From positions 1 through 54,367 of the IMG/VR virus record IMGVR_UViG_3300020591_000121: a stretch of DNA of 54,367 nt; one strand, 5' to 3'. Shown here piece after piece: positions 8,715 through 17,203 of the stretch (its first letter is position 1; the number at the start of each line of letters is the position of its first letter). A program made the translations under genes and the position numbers. The stretch comes from a virus (taxonomy: Duplodnaviria; Caudoviricetes). Below the pieces are notes generated by a model. That model saw only the letters and a list, made by a program, of their open reading frames with translations, did not search any database and was not told where the DNA came from.

Positions 8715-9631
8715 GCCGTGGCCCTCTCGGTGATTGGATGGTCGAAAAGAGTGCCCATGGAGCGCTCAGCTTCCGCCTCGAAGAGGTATTTCGCGGCCTG
8801 CTCGTAGTAGGATCGCTTGAGCTCGATGCCGACGTAGCGGCGGCCCGCTTTCAGCGCGACCACGCCTTCAGAGCCGATACCCATGAATGGGGAGAGCACC
8901 ACGTCGCCGGGGTTCGACCACATCACGATCGCGCGCTCGATCAGATCGAGCTGTAGCGGGCACATGTGGCGCTCATCGGATTCTTCGCGCGCTAGGCGCA
9001 CGTTGAGGACATTGCCCTGCTTGATGTCCATCCAGACGGGCGAAGCCCACTGCTGCCATTGCGAGACCGGGAAGGTTTCGTCGGTGTGCCCGACGCGCTC
9101 TGCGTTTTCACCGGGCTTGCGGAACACCAGCAGATAGTCGGGCAACCCGGTGCGCGACATGCAGCTATCCTTCTTGAGCTGCTTGTGCAGGAGGCCGAGC
9201 GCTTTGGTGCGCGTCATTTCAACGACAGGATCGCGCCAGATCGTCACCCGGCAATGAAAGATGAAGCCGGCGGCGATGTGCTCCGCGACGATGCCATCGG
9301 AGAATGGCTTGATGCCGATGTAACCGTCCCGCATCTTGCGGCTCGGCAGGTCGGTGCAATGCACCGCCGTCAGTCGGCCCGGCTTGAGGACGCGGAGCTT
9401 CTCGGCGATGACGTGGCGGTACTGCTCGAAAAACTCAGCATCATTGCTCACGTTGCCCATGTCCCGTTCGGATGGTCCGTATACGAATAAGTCTCCGAAC
9501 GGGGGAGAATACAGGGCGAACCCGACGCTCTCGTCTGGCATCTGCGCCAGCACCTCGACGCAGTCGCCATTGAAGGCTTGGAAACCCTCACCGGTAACAC
9601 CGTCCATGCAGAGTATGGCCGTCATGCCCAC
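8711..9631 (-). CDS. N6-adenine/N4-cytosine DNA methyltransferase (beta-class order)
   Basis: YSPPF catalytic motif precedes the VLSPFMGIGSEG SAM-binding motif. Confidence 0.9.
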   Translation of the reverse strand: MGMTAILCMDGVTGEGFQAFNGDCVEVLAQMPDESVGFALYSPPFGDLFVYGPSERDMGNVSNDAEFFEQYRHVIAEKLRVLKPGRLTAVHCTDLPSRKMRDGYIGIKPFSDGIVAEHIAAGFIFHCRVTIWRDPVVEMTRTKALGLLHKQLKKDSCMSRTGLPDYLLVFRKPGENAERVGHTDETFPVSQWQQWASPVWMDIKQGNVLNVRLAREESDERHMCPLQLDLIERAIVMWSNPGDVVLSPFMGIGSEGVVALKAGRRYVGIELKRSYYEQAAKYLFEAEAERSMGTLFDHPITERATA

Positions 9632-9668
9632 CTGCTCCCTTTCACTATCCGACAGACCTGCGCCGGGC

Positions 9669-10091
9669 TTAGCCCGTACTCCGAAGCCAATGCGCGCTGA
9701 ACCTCGCCCGCCGTGGCGCGGGCACGGATTGCCGCCACGTCTGCGGCCGATACCTTGTTCTTGCCGCTGCGCTCGCCTCGCGCGATGCGCTCAGGCTTGT
9801 GGCGGATCCAATGCGCTGGTGCTGCGGCCCGACCGCGAGTGGCGCCAGCATCAGCACTGAGCGGTTAGTGTGCTCAAGGATGACTCGGCCCCATTCGAGT
9901 GCGACGAAGCTTTTCCCGAGCCCCGTATCGAGGAACGCGGCCCCACAGCCCGCCCGCAGCAGGAACTCCGTTGTGTGCGCCTGATGCGGGAACATCGCAT
10001 CGTTCAGCGCAGGCACCCTCGACAAGCCACGCGGCTCGAAGGCAACCCGCTTGCGGGCGAGCAGTTCTTGATAGGAGGCGAGAGAAGTCAC
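9669..10091 (-). pseudogene. Internally deleted SF2 (SNF2-like) helicase remnant
   Basis: FPHQ (Q motif), DTGLGKS (Walker A), APLAV (motif Ia), then similarity ends; only 140 aa with no DExx motif. Confidence 0.75.
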
Positions 10092-10510
10092 AGCATCGCT
10101 CCCTGTCCGACGACAGTGGCGGCGCGGGTGCGCCAGCAGGTGTCGAGCCCGTCCAGAAGCCGCTCCAGTCCATCGCGGGCGCGATCAATCTCGCCGCGCT
10201 TGAGCAGAGCACGGACGCAGGCAAGGCTTTCGACTTCGGCATCGCCGACGGGATGCGCTTCGAGTTCTTCGATTTGATCCTTGAGTTCGCCGACCTTGGT
10301 TTCGAGACGGTCGGCCTTCGCCTCTAACTGTCCGATCTCGTTCTGAGCCTTGCTCAGGTCTTCTTCGCTCTCTTTCAGGGCGCGCTCGGTCAGGTCGAGT
10401 TCGCTGCGCAGCGTCTCGACGAGCTTCTCGGTATTCGCCAACATCGCGCGCAGATCGGCGACGCTATCGGTCGTCTCGGCGTTCAGAAGTTGTGCTGCAT
10501 TCCCCGACAT
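10088..10510 (-). CDS. Hypothetical coiled-coil protein
   Basis: Heptad-rich sequence from MSGNAAQ; RBS GAGGGG. Confidence 0.7.
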   Translation of the reverse strand: MSGNAAQLLNAETTDSVADLRAMLANTEKLVETLRSELDLTERALKESEEDLSKAQNEIGQLEAKADRLETKVGELKDQIEELEAHPVGDAEVESLACVRALLKRGEIDRARDGLERLLDGLDTCWRTRAATVVGQGAML

Positions 10511-10565
10511 AGAACGTCCCCCTCGGGTCAGATACGCAGGCACGCGGTAGTGGATGGCGCAGGCG

Positions 10566-11669
10566 TCAGCCGCCGATGCGCATCGGCATGACGACCATGA
10601 GCTGCTGCGGGACCGCCTCAGACGTGAAGACGACGGCTGTGACTTCATTCGCGATGTGGAGCTCTAGCGGGACATCGCCGAACACCTTCGTCACTGTGCC
10701 GACGTACGAGGCGTTCATGCCTACGAATTTGCTGGCATCACGAACGTCAGCATCGAGGATCTCATGTGCCGCATCGAAACCGTTGCCCGACGCTGAGATC
10801 GACAGCCCGCCATCGCCGGCCGCGAATTTGATGGACACGGCCGATTTGCCGTCGTCACCGGCGCGATGCGCGCGCTCGACAGCAGCGGCCAACGGAGCAG
10901 CCTCAACGACGATGGATGCGCCATTGTAGCGGGGGATGACGCGCTGATAATCTGGATAGGTGCCATCGACCAAGCGCGACATGATCTCTGCGTCTGCGGT
11001 GGTGACGGCGATCCGCTCATCGGAAACGCGGACCTCGACCGTTCCCTTCTTGAGCAAGCCCGCGATAAGGCTGGCGGTCTTGGTCGGGACGATGATGGCG
11101 GGCATACGTTCGGCCCCGGCGGGCAGGGGCAGGGTGCGTTTACTGAGGCGATGACCATCCGTCGACACCGCCACGAGGTCGCCGCCATTGGCATGCAGAT
11201 AGACGCCGTTGAGGTAATAGCGGGTTTCTTCTGTGCTTACCGATGGCAGTGTGGCTACCAGCATGGCGCGGAAGTCGGCTGCATCGATCGGAAATGCCAC
11301 GCCATCGAATGGCGCCATGGCTGGAAAGTCGTCAGCCGGCAGCGTCTGCAGGCGATAGCGCGCGCGTCCGGATTTGACTGCCAGCAGGTTGTCATCGTGC
11401 TCGATCGAGACCGTCGAGCCTTTCGGCAGGCCATTGACGAGACCGTGCAGCATCCGGCCATTCACGGTCGTGAGGCCGGGATGATAAATCTCCGCCGCCG
11501 CGCTTGCTGAGCACTCGGCGTCCATTGACGACGCGCGCACCGATACCCGGCCGTCTTCGGCCCGCAGCAACACGTGGCGCAGCACCGGGATGGTGGTCCG
11601 ATCGAGGGAGCAGTCCTTTACCGCCGCGAGTATGTCGACGAGAGCCGACGTTTCCATCGTGAGTTTCAT
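10566..11669 (-). CDS. dnaN: DNA polymerase III beta sliding clamp homologue (phage-encoded)
   Basis: 367 aa; TIPVL, STEETRYYLNGVY, VSTDGHRL, SRLVDGTYPDYQRVIP, C-terminal VVMPMR. Confidence 0.93.
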   Translation of the reverse strand: MKLTMETSALVDILAAVKDCSLDRTTIPVLRHVLLRAEDGRVSVRASSMDAECSASAAAEIYHPGLTTVNGRMLHGLVNGLPKGSTVSIEHDDNLLAVKSGRARYRLQTLPADDFPAMAPFDGVAFPIDAADFRAMLVATLPSVSTEETRYYLNGVYLHANGGDLVAVSTDGHRLSKRTLPLPAGAERMPAIIVPTKTASLIAGLLKKGTVEVRVSDERIAVTTADAEIMSRLVDGTYPDYQRVIPRYNGASIVVEAAPLAAAVERAHRAGDDGKSAVSIKFAAGDGGLSISASGNGFDAAHEILDADVRDASKFVGMNASYVGTVTKVFGDVPLELHIANEVTAVVFTSEAVPQQLMVVMPMRIGG

Positions 11670-12586
11670 TATTCGACCTCGAGGATTTCAGCGGCTCGCT
11701 TCTGCCCGGGGGGCGAGCATCGTGCGATCATTTCTGCGTTGGCCTCGCGCAACTCTTCGAGTTCGGCTTCGCTTTCGCAGTAGCGCCGATCCTCTTCGAG
11801 CTTGGCGAGGAAGCCTGCCTCGTCGGCGAGTGGCGGATCGGCATCGAGGTCTAGATCGGGAACTTCGAGGGTGGTTTCGGCCGTTTCTGCCGGTGCATGT
11901 TCCTGAACGGGAGCGGTGAGGTCGGGGATTTCGAGCTCGGCGCGTGGGGTGATGTCACGCGGCGCGCGGCGTGCATCCTCGATATCACGTTGCTCTTCGA
12001 ATATCGGGATGCCCTTGAGAACGTCAGAGGCGCCATCGCGCGCGGTCCATCCGCGGCAGCGCATTCTGAGCATCCGCTTGCGGTAGCGGAACCAAGGCGC
12101 CGTGTTCGGCACCGTGTCGCCAGAGTTGTCCTTCGCCGGGACCGTAGCGCGGTCGTCCCAGAGCTGGTTGTCCTTGGCGTCCTGAACCGAATATTCGCCA
12201 TCGATGGTCGCGCCGTCGGGCCGCGTGATGGTGCACTTGGCTGTGAGCTTATCGCCGTCGCCCTCGTACCACTCCTTAATCTTGAAGCCGTGCGACCAGA
12301 GCAGCGCTGGAATGGCATCGCCGTAGAGGCAGGCTTTGCCATTGACGACGCCGATCGTCTCCAAGGCCGTCATGGGCGGCAAGCCCAGCTCGAGCCCCTT
12401 CAGAAGCACGACAGTTACCGCCTCGGGGGTTTTCAGCTGGTAGGGAGCAAGCCTCGACGAGTGCACGAGTTGAGCGAGGCGGAAAACCTCATCGATGGTC
12501 GTCGGCACGATGCCGACGATCGGAGCGCCAGCCGACAGTCTCGAAACGGCGCGATGGCCGATACCGGATGGAGCGAGATCGTTCAT
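11669..12586 (-). CDS. RecT/Bet-like single-strand annealing protein
   Basis: GLELGLPPMTAL..I.VVNGK, PW..Y..RML..R.R....RD...DVL.G; acidic tail. Confidence 0.7.
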   Translation of the reverse strand: MNDLAPSGIGHRAVSRLSAGAPIVGIVPTTIDEVFRLAQLVHSSRLAPYQLKTPEAVTVVLLKGLELGLPPMTALETIGVVNGKACLYGDAIPALLWSHGFKIKEWYEGDGDKLTAKCTITRPDGATIDGEYSVQDAKDNQLWDDRATVPAKDNSGDTVPNTAPWFRYRKRMLRMRCRGWTARDGASDVLKGIPIFEEQRDIEDARRAPRDITPRAELEIPDLTAPVQEHAPAETAETTLEVPDLDLDADPPLADEAGFLAKLEEDRRYCESEAELEELREANAEMIARCSPPGQKRAAEILEVE

Positions 12587-13566
12587 TAGGCGGCCACCTT
12601 CTCGCTGTAGCTCTCGACGCCGGGCACGCTGGTGCCGGCCTTCGCCTGGGCGAAGCAAACCTTCTCGACGGCCTCACGGATTGTCGGATGGTCTTTGCAA
12701 TGGGCGAGCGCAGCGGCGTAGTCCGTGACGCGGAACTTCGTGATCTCGCGAAGGCCCGTTTTCCGCCCGCGCTGGCCACCCGCCTGCACACGAACCGGCT
12801 CGACGGGAGGAAGCGTCATCGGTTCGGGTTCGGGCGAGGACAGAGCCAGCGCGGGGTCGGTATCCATGAGCTTGGCGCGTTCCGCAGCCATGCGAGCGTT
12901 TTCCGCTGCGATGCGCTCTTCCTCGGCTTTGCGCTTGGCGGCGGCCTCTGCGCGCAACTTCGCGTCTTCCTCGCGCATGTATACGGTGAGGGCATCGCGC
13001 AGCTCGTTCGCTGCGGCGTCCGCTTCTTCGATCAGCGGCTTGAATTTGGCGTCAACCGCGCGAGAGGCGTCGAGGTGCGGCTGCTTCTCAGTCACGCGGT
13101 CGGCGTCTGCGCGCTTCTTGAGATCAAGCAACTTGGCGCGCATGTTGGCCACGGTATCTTTGCCGGTGCCGTCCTTGATGCCGTGCTTGCGCAGCCAGCC
13201 GAGCGCCATCGTGGCGTACTCTCTGATCTGCTCGGCCAGCGAAAGATCGCCGCTGTTGTCGCCAATGCCGGGAACCTCCGGCGCGTCACCTTCCCAGGCA
13301 TTGCCGTTGGAGAAGGCGCGCATCGCCGCTTCTTTCGTCACCGGTTTGTCGGCGCAGTAGGTCCAGACCTCGGTGGCGGGCCGGTACGTCTTAGTGGCGC
13401 CGATCAGCGCCACGAGCGCGCCATCCTTCACGTAGATACAGACGGGGAGGAACGGCCCATCCTTGTGCTGACGCATGCGGTAGTAGCCTGCATGCGGCTG
13501 GTCGGCATGGATCGGCGGCATCTTGCCGGCGAGCGCGTCATTCCAATAGGTCAAGTCGTTGCTCAT
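12586..13566 (-). CDS. Hypothetical recombination-module protein (coiled coil)
   Basis: 326-aa ORF coupled to the annealase gene. Confidence 0.75.
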   Translation of the reverse strand: MSNDLTYWNDALAGKMPPIHADQPHAGYYRMRQHKDGPFLPVCIYVKDGALVALIGATKTYRPATEVWTYCADKPVTKEAAMRAFSNGNAWEGDAPEVPGIGDNSGDLSLAEQIREYATMALGWLRKHGIKDGTGKDTVANMRAKLLDLKKRADADRVTEKQPHLDASRAVDAKFKPLIEEADAAANELRDALTVYMREEDAKLRAEAAAKRKAEEERIAAENARMAAERAKLMDTDPALALSSPEPEPMTLPPVEPVRVQAGGQRGRKTGLREITKFRVTDYAAALAHCKDHPTIREAVEKVCFAQAKAGTSVPGVESYSEKVAA

Positions 13567-13574
13567 TGCCCATG

Positions 13575-13752
13575 TCCCCGCAAATCCATTGCCGTCTCTC
13601 CGGCTGTCACGCTGCCAAACTCAGTTGGCCGCCGCGTTTGCGAGAGGTATCCGCCTCCAGGTAGCTGCCGCATCAGCCGCGGGCTGAATCACCCTTACGG
13701 GCCGCCCTGTGCTCCACGCTCTCGGACAATCGCGGTGTTCCGCATGCGTGGA
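13575..13752 (-). ncRNA. Candidate structured intergenic RNA
   Basis: Dense nested hairpins: UCCACGC/GCGUGGA, CCC-GUAA-GGG, CCGCG/CGCGG with inner stems, GCCAA/UUGGC, GCCG-GAGAGA-CGGC. Confidence 0.4.
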
Positions 13753-13754
13753 TC

Positions 13755-14003
13755 TCACTCGCCCAAGGCAGCGCGTTGCCGCGACTGCTCAAGAGCGAAT
13801 TTCAAAAGCTCGATCGTCGTCTTGATGCCGTGCTTCTCGGTCGTCACTTCCGCCCAATGGCGGAGCGACAGGGCCGGTTGAGCGCTCTGCGCAGCAGCAC
13901 GAGCTGGGTCCGTGAACGACTGGACGAAGCGGCGGATGCCAGGAAAGCGCAGCACCGTTGCCGGTGACGAGCGGCGTGTGCGGATGTCGACGACGTTGCT
14001 CAT
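13755..14003 (-). CDS. Hypothetical phage protein
   Basis: ATGA-coupled; MSNVVDI start. Confidence 0.6.
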   Translation of the reverse strand: MSNVVDIRTRRSSPATVLRFPGIRRFVQSFTDPARAAAQSAQPALSLRHWAEVTTEKHGIKTTIELLKFALEQSRQRAALGE

Positions 14004-14203
14004 TTGACCCACGCCTTCGCCAGCTTCCCGGCGGCGTCGAGCTTATGGGCGGCGATCTGCTGCTCTTCGGCCGCGGCTTCGAATGCGATGGCGTGCCGAA
14101 TGCCGCCCTGTTTGAGGTAGCGCTCGATGTGGCGTTCGGCGGTGCGTTTGGCGGCGGCGTAGCGCGTCGCGAAGCCGGCCTCGATGGTGGCGATCCCGCT
14201 CAT
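14000..14203 (-). CDS. Hypothetical phage protein
   Basis: ATGA-coupled. Confidence 0.6.
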   Translation of the reverse strand: MSGIATIEAGFATRYAAAKRTAERHIERYLKQGGIRHAIAFEAAAEEQQIAAHKLDAAGKLAKAWVK

Positions 14204-14586
14204 AGCGAAGCCTCGTGGAAAAATGCGCGGTGATGGTCGGCGCGTGATGCCGCGCGATCTTCACTCTCGCCATCGAGAGCTTCGCGCGCCTCGATCAGCG
14301 CCACGGTGGTGGCGGGCTTGCGGGCTTCGGCCCACAGTGCTTGCGCGATCACCCAGGCGGCGGGGTCGCTCTTGTCGGTTTCGTCGAGCTCCGGCCCAAT
14401 GCTTTCATGTAGGGAGGCGTCGACCTCCTCGCCCACAAGGAACACGCGGTCGAGTTGCAAACCCCCGGGGATCGATGCCGCCCAGCCGTGCCACATGCCG
14501 GCGTAGCAGCCCTTCACGGCAATCTCGGCGTGGATGCGAACGAGAACGCAGTCGTCGAGGTCATGCTTGTGTGGGTTCAATGGCAT
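14200..14586 (-). CDS. Hypothetical phage protein
   Basis: AGGAG RBS; coupled. Confidence 0.65.
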   Translation of the reverse strand: MPLNPHKHDLDDCVLVRIHAEIAVKGCYAGMWHGWAASIPGGLQLDRVFLVGEEVDASLHESIGPELDETDKSDPAAWVIAQALWAEARKPATTVALIEAREALDGESEDRAASRADHHRAFFHEASL

Positions 14587-14747
14587 TCGCTCTTCTCCTT
14601 CTGCTCACTCATTTGCTGCACCCAGTACCGGTAGCCATCGGCCCACGGATCGATGCGCGTTTCATCGAAGGGCTCGCCATCCCGGGCGGCGTGATAGCCG
14701 CGAAGCCAGAGTGAAAGGTCGATCCCGCGTAATTCTGCGAAGTCCAT
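14577..14747 (-). CDS. Small protein resembling the Rmf/CrpP fold (56 aa, not in ORF track)
   Basis: MDFAELRGIDLSLWLRGYHAARDGEPFDETRIDPWADGYRYWVQQMSEQKEKSECH; RGYxA..G...W..GY pattern. Confidence 0.5.
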   Translation of the reverse strand: MDFAELRGIDLSLWLRGYHAARDGEPFDETRIDPWADGYRYWVQQMSEQKEKSECH

Positions 14748-14811
14748 GGTCGGCGCCCTTGCCGTGTGAGTTGGGACGCCACTTGAAAATCGGTTGCGGT
14801 GCCCGTCGCCC

Positions 14812-15603
14812 CTATGGGGCGGAGAACCGGTAGTTGATGCCGACGCGCACGGACTGCAGCGTCATCTCGCTATCGAAGCTGTCGGACTGGTAGCGATAGA
14901 CACCCGATCCCGGGCTCGTTTCATCGGCCGGCGCGCCGCTCAATGCGGTGCCGACGAACTGATGGTTCTGCCGTCCGAGATCGACGTAGAGATATTCGCC
15001 CTTGAGGCTCCACCCGCCGCCCAACGCCCACTCGGCGCCGGCGCCGGCCGACCAACCGAAATGGCTCTCGGTCGCTTCGCCCGTGGCCCATGGGGTCACC
15101 GGGCAGCCGACACATGCGACGCTGTTCTCCGATGTCGAGCGCGCCCATGCCGGCCCTGCTGTTCCGTAGATCAGGAGAGGGCCAGCAACGAAGCCGAGCC
15201 GCCCGCGCAAGGTGGCGAGCGAGTGAATGTCGCTGGTGATGTTCCAGGTGGTGAAACCGTCGGCAGTGGTGAAAGCGCCGCTGGCGTCTCCATCGATGTG
15301 GGCGATGTCCGCTTCGATCCCGAGGACGATGGCGCCGACCTGATGGCTGTATCCGATCTGGACACCGCCGAGCCAACCGTCCGCATCGCTCAGATCGCGA
15401 TCGACCGAGCCAAAGACGTCGACGGCGGTGATGTTGGGGAATGCTGCATCGTTGTAGCCGAGGGCGCCGCTCGTCGAACTCGAGGCCCATCCACCATGCA
15501 GGCCGATGTAGAGGCCAGACCAATCGGCAGGGGCATCCTGAGCGGCGGCTGGCAAAGTGAGTGCCATTGCCGCGACGAAAACCGATGACGCCATCTTGCC
15601 CAT
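14812..15603 (-). CDS. Omp25/RopB-type outer-membrane beta-barrel protein
   Basis: Signal peptide; DWSGLYIGLHGGW, LRGRLG, GWSAGAGAEW, EYLYVDLG, VRVGINYRF. Confidence 0.9.
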   Translation of the reverse strand: MGKMASSVFVAAMALTLPAAAQDAPADWSGLYIGLHGGWASSSTSGALGYNDAAFPNITAVDVFGSVDRDLSDADGWLGGVQIGYSHQVGAIVLGIEADIAHIDGDASGAFTTADGFTTWNITSDIHSLATLRGRLGFVAGPLLIYGTAGPAWARSTSENSVACVGCPVTPWATGEATESHFGWSAGAGAEWALGGGWSLKGEYLYVDLGRQNHQFVGTALSGAPADETSPGSGVYRYQSDSFDSEMTLQSVRVGINYRFSAP

Positions 15604-15704
15604 GAAATCCCCCTGGTTGGCCGGGGTAGCGGCGGCGGACTGCCCTCTAGGTCGTCCGCCGCCTCCCCGCTTGCGCCGCTGCCGAAGCAGTGAGGCGATG
15701 GAGG

Positions 15705-15756
15705 AGTTAAAGCGCAGCTTGAATTATCAGTCAAGCACATTTCAAGCTGCGCTTAA
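15705..15756 (-). promoter_or_regulatory. pL promoter with OL operators
   Basis: Minus-strand TTGACT-N17-TTTAAC; operators TAAAG-N5-CTTGA (15708-15722) and TCAAG-N5-CTTAA (15742-15756). Confidence 0.7.
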
Positions 15757-15784
15757 AACTTTTTTAGGGGCCTAGGGGGGGCGC

Positions 15785-16423
15785 TTACCGGCGCCGAGGC
15801 TGGGTGTGCTCGCTGACGACGCCCTCGATTGCATCCTGACCAACGGTATACGTCGGCCATGGCGCATTTAACGGGCGCAGTTCGTAGAGCGGGTCCACGC
15901 CCGATCGCAATACATTGAGCTGACGGATTACCGGTAAATCTTCGCTCGGCACTACCGCAAGCACCATGTCCCCTGGTTCCGGTCGAATATCCGGATCGAT
16001 GATGAGGCTGTCCCCGGGCAGGTATTTTGGTTCGTTGGCGCGGTCGTGCACCAGCAATGAAAAGCTCTCCTCCGAGCACGGAAAATGAGACCTGACCCTT
16101 TCAACAAACATGCTCGTTATTGCACGGTTTTTGACTAACTCAATATTATATCTCGGCACGATCCGACCCCCGATTTCCCCGGTTTCAGTGATCGTACTGT
16201 TCTCGTTGTGTTCTGACAATTCGCCCGAGAGCAGCATGTGGATGTCGACGTCAAAGATCGATGCCAATTGGAACGCGCGCTTGTGATTTAGATCGACGCC
16301 CTTTTCCCAATTAGAGACCGCCTGAACGCTTACACCCGTGCGCTCAGCCACGACGCTCTGAGACCAGTCACGGTCCTTCCGAAGCGTCCTGATCAGCTTT
16401 CCAACACGCTTCCAGTCGACCAC
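15785..16423 (-). CDS. CI-like repressor (XRE HTH plus degenerate S24 domain)
   Basis: WSQSVVAERTGVSVQAVSNWE HTH; S24-like C-terminal domain; divergent from cro. Confidence 0.9.
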   Translation of the reverse strand: MVDWKRVGKLIRTLRKDRDWSQSVVAERTGVSVQAVSNWEKGVDLNHKRAFQLASIFDVDIHMLLSGELSEHNENSTITETGEIGGRIVPRYNIELVKNRAITSMFVERVRSHFPCSEESFSLLVHDRANEPKYLPGDSLIIDPDIRPEPGDMVLAVVPSEDLPVIRQLNVLRSGVDPLYELRPLNAPWPTYTVGQDAIEGVVSEHTQPRRR

Positions 16424-16439
16424 GGTTGCGGCACCATCT

Positions 16440-16503
16440 TATATTGGAAGGACGTCGCTATTCAAGTGCGGCTTGACAAAGTTCTAGTCGAGCCTGAATA
16501 TGA
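16440..16503. promoter_or_regulatory. OR region with pR/pRM
   Basis: Perfect TCAAG-N5-CTTGA at 16462-16476 overlapping TTGACA (16473-16478); degenerate TCTAG-N5-CCTGA at 16483-16497. Confidence 0.7.
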
Positions 16504-16507
16504 CCAC

Positions 16508-16732
16508 ATGAAGCGCAAGAGACATCGGGACGATGGACTAGCCAAGGCGATTAGCGCTGCGGGTTCAATATCCGCGCTGGCCAGTCACATCAAGGTCACG
16601 GTTCAGGCCGTTTCGCAATGGGAGCGGGTTCCTGTGGAGCGCTGCCCCGCCGTGGAAAAGGCTACGGGCATACCGCGCGCTGAACTTCGTCCTGATTTTT
16701 TCGCTGACGATCGAGAAGTGAGGGCCGCATGA
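16508..16732 (+). CDS. Cro/YdaS-like regulator
   Basis: SALASHIKVTVQAVSQWERVP...LRPD; recognition helix VQAVSxWE shared with CI. Confidence 0.85.
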   Translation: MKRKRHRDDGLAKAISAAGSISALASHIKVTVQAVSQWERVPVERCPAVEKATGIPRAELRPDFFADDREVRAA

Positions 16733-17154
16733 CCGACACACCTCACATCAGCGCTATCAATGCAAACCTCGGCACCGTGCGCGCGGGACTCCTGCGGGAC
16801 GACGATGCGCGCGCTCGCATGCATCGCGCGCGCTGCGGGCGCTATCGCAAAGCCGTCTACAGCACGCGCACGGAGACGCTTCCCGACGGCAGCAAGCGCA
16901 TCGCCGAAATCTTCACCGACCTGATGGACGCCGACGGCAACGGCATTCGTGTCTATTGGGCCGAAGTCGTCAGTGCTCCCGGCGAGCCATTGCGCACCGT
17001 TATCTTGATCGACCGGAGGGACGAATTCTCTGAGGTGCCGGGCGCTCAAACGCCGCTCTTAGATGACGGCAGTCCGTCCACATCCGCGCCGGTGCCGCCT
17101 CGCAGTCCGCAGGCAGCGCCTGATGCGTCGAGTGCCGCGACCCGTAAACCGTAA
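16729..17154 (+). CDS. Hypothetical protein (cII position)
   Basis: ATGA-coupled to cro. Confidence 0.55.
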   Translation: MTDTPHISAINANLGTVRAGLLRDDDARARMHRARCGRYRKAVYSTRTETLPDGSKRIAEIFTDLMDADGNGIRVYWAEVVSAPGEPLRTVILIDRRDEFSEVPGAQTPLLDDGSPSTSAPVPPRSPQAAPDASSAATRKP

Positions 17155-17203
17155 GCGTCAGCTCAAACCCGCAATGCGGGCACACGTAGGTTTCAGTCGC
17201 CAT
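17000..17203 (-). CDS. Possible antisense small Cys-rich (Zn-ribbon-like) protein
   Basis: MATETYVCPHCGFELTL...C...DCRHL; GGAGA RBS upstream. Confidence 0.35.
   Translation of the reverse strand: MATETYVCPHCGFELTLTVYGSRHSTHQALPADCEAAPARMWTDCRHLRAAFERPAPQRIRPSGRSR

Noticed and set aside
1397-9631. Restriction-modification system
   Set aside because: Both methyltransferases are orphan phage types with no adjacent cognate endonuclease; the nearby HNH-AP2 is a homing-type enzyme.
12568-13881. Long antisense ORFs (also 35782-37071, 40835-42070, 44764-46152, 17885-18928)
   Set aside because: Shadow frames of real high-GC genes on the opposite strand, with no recognisable motifs.
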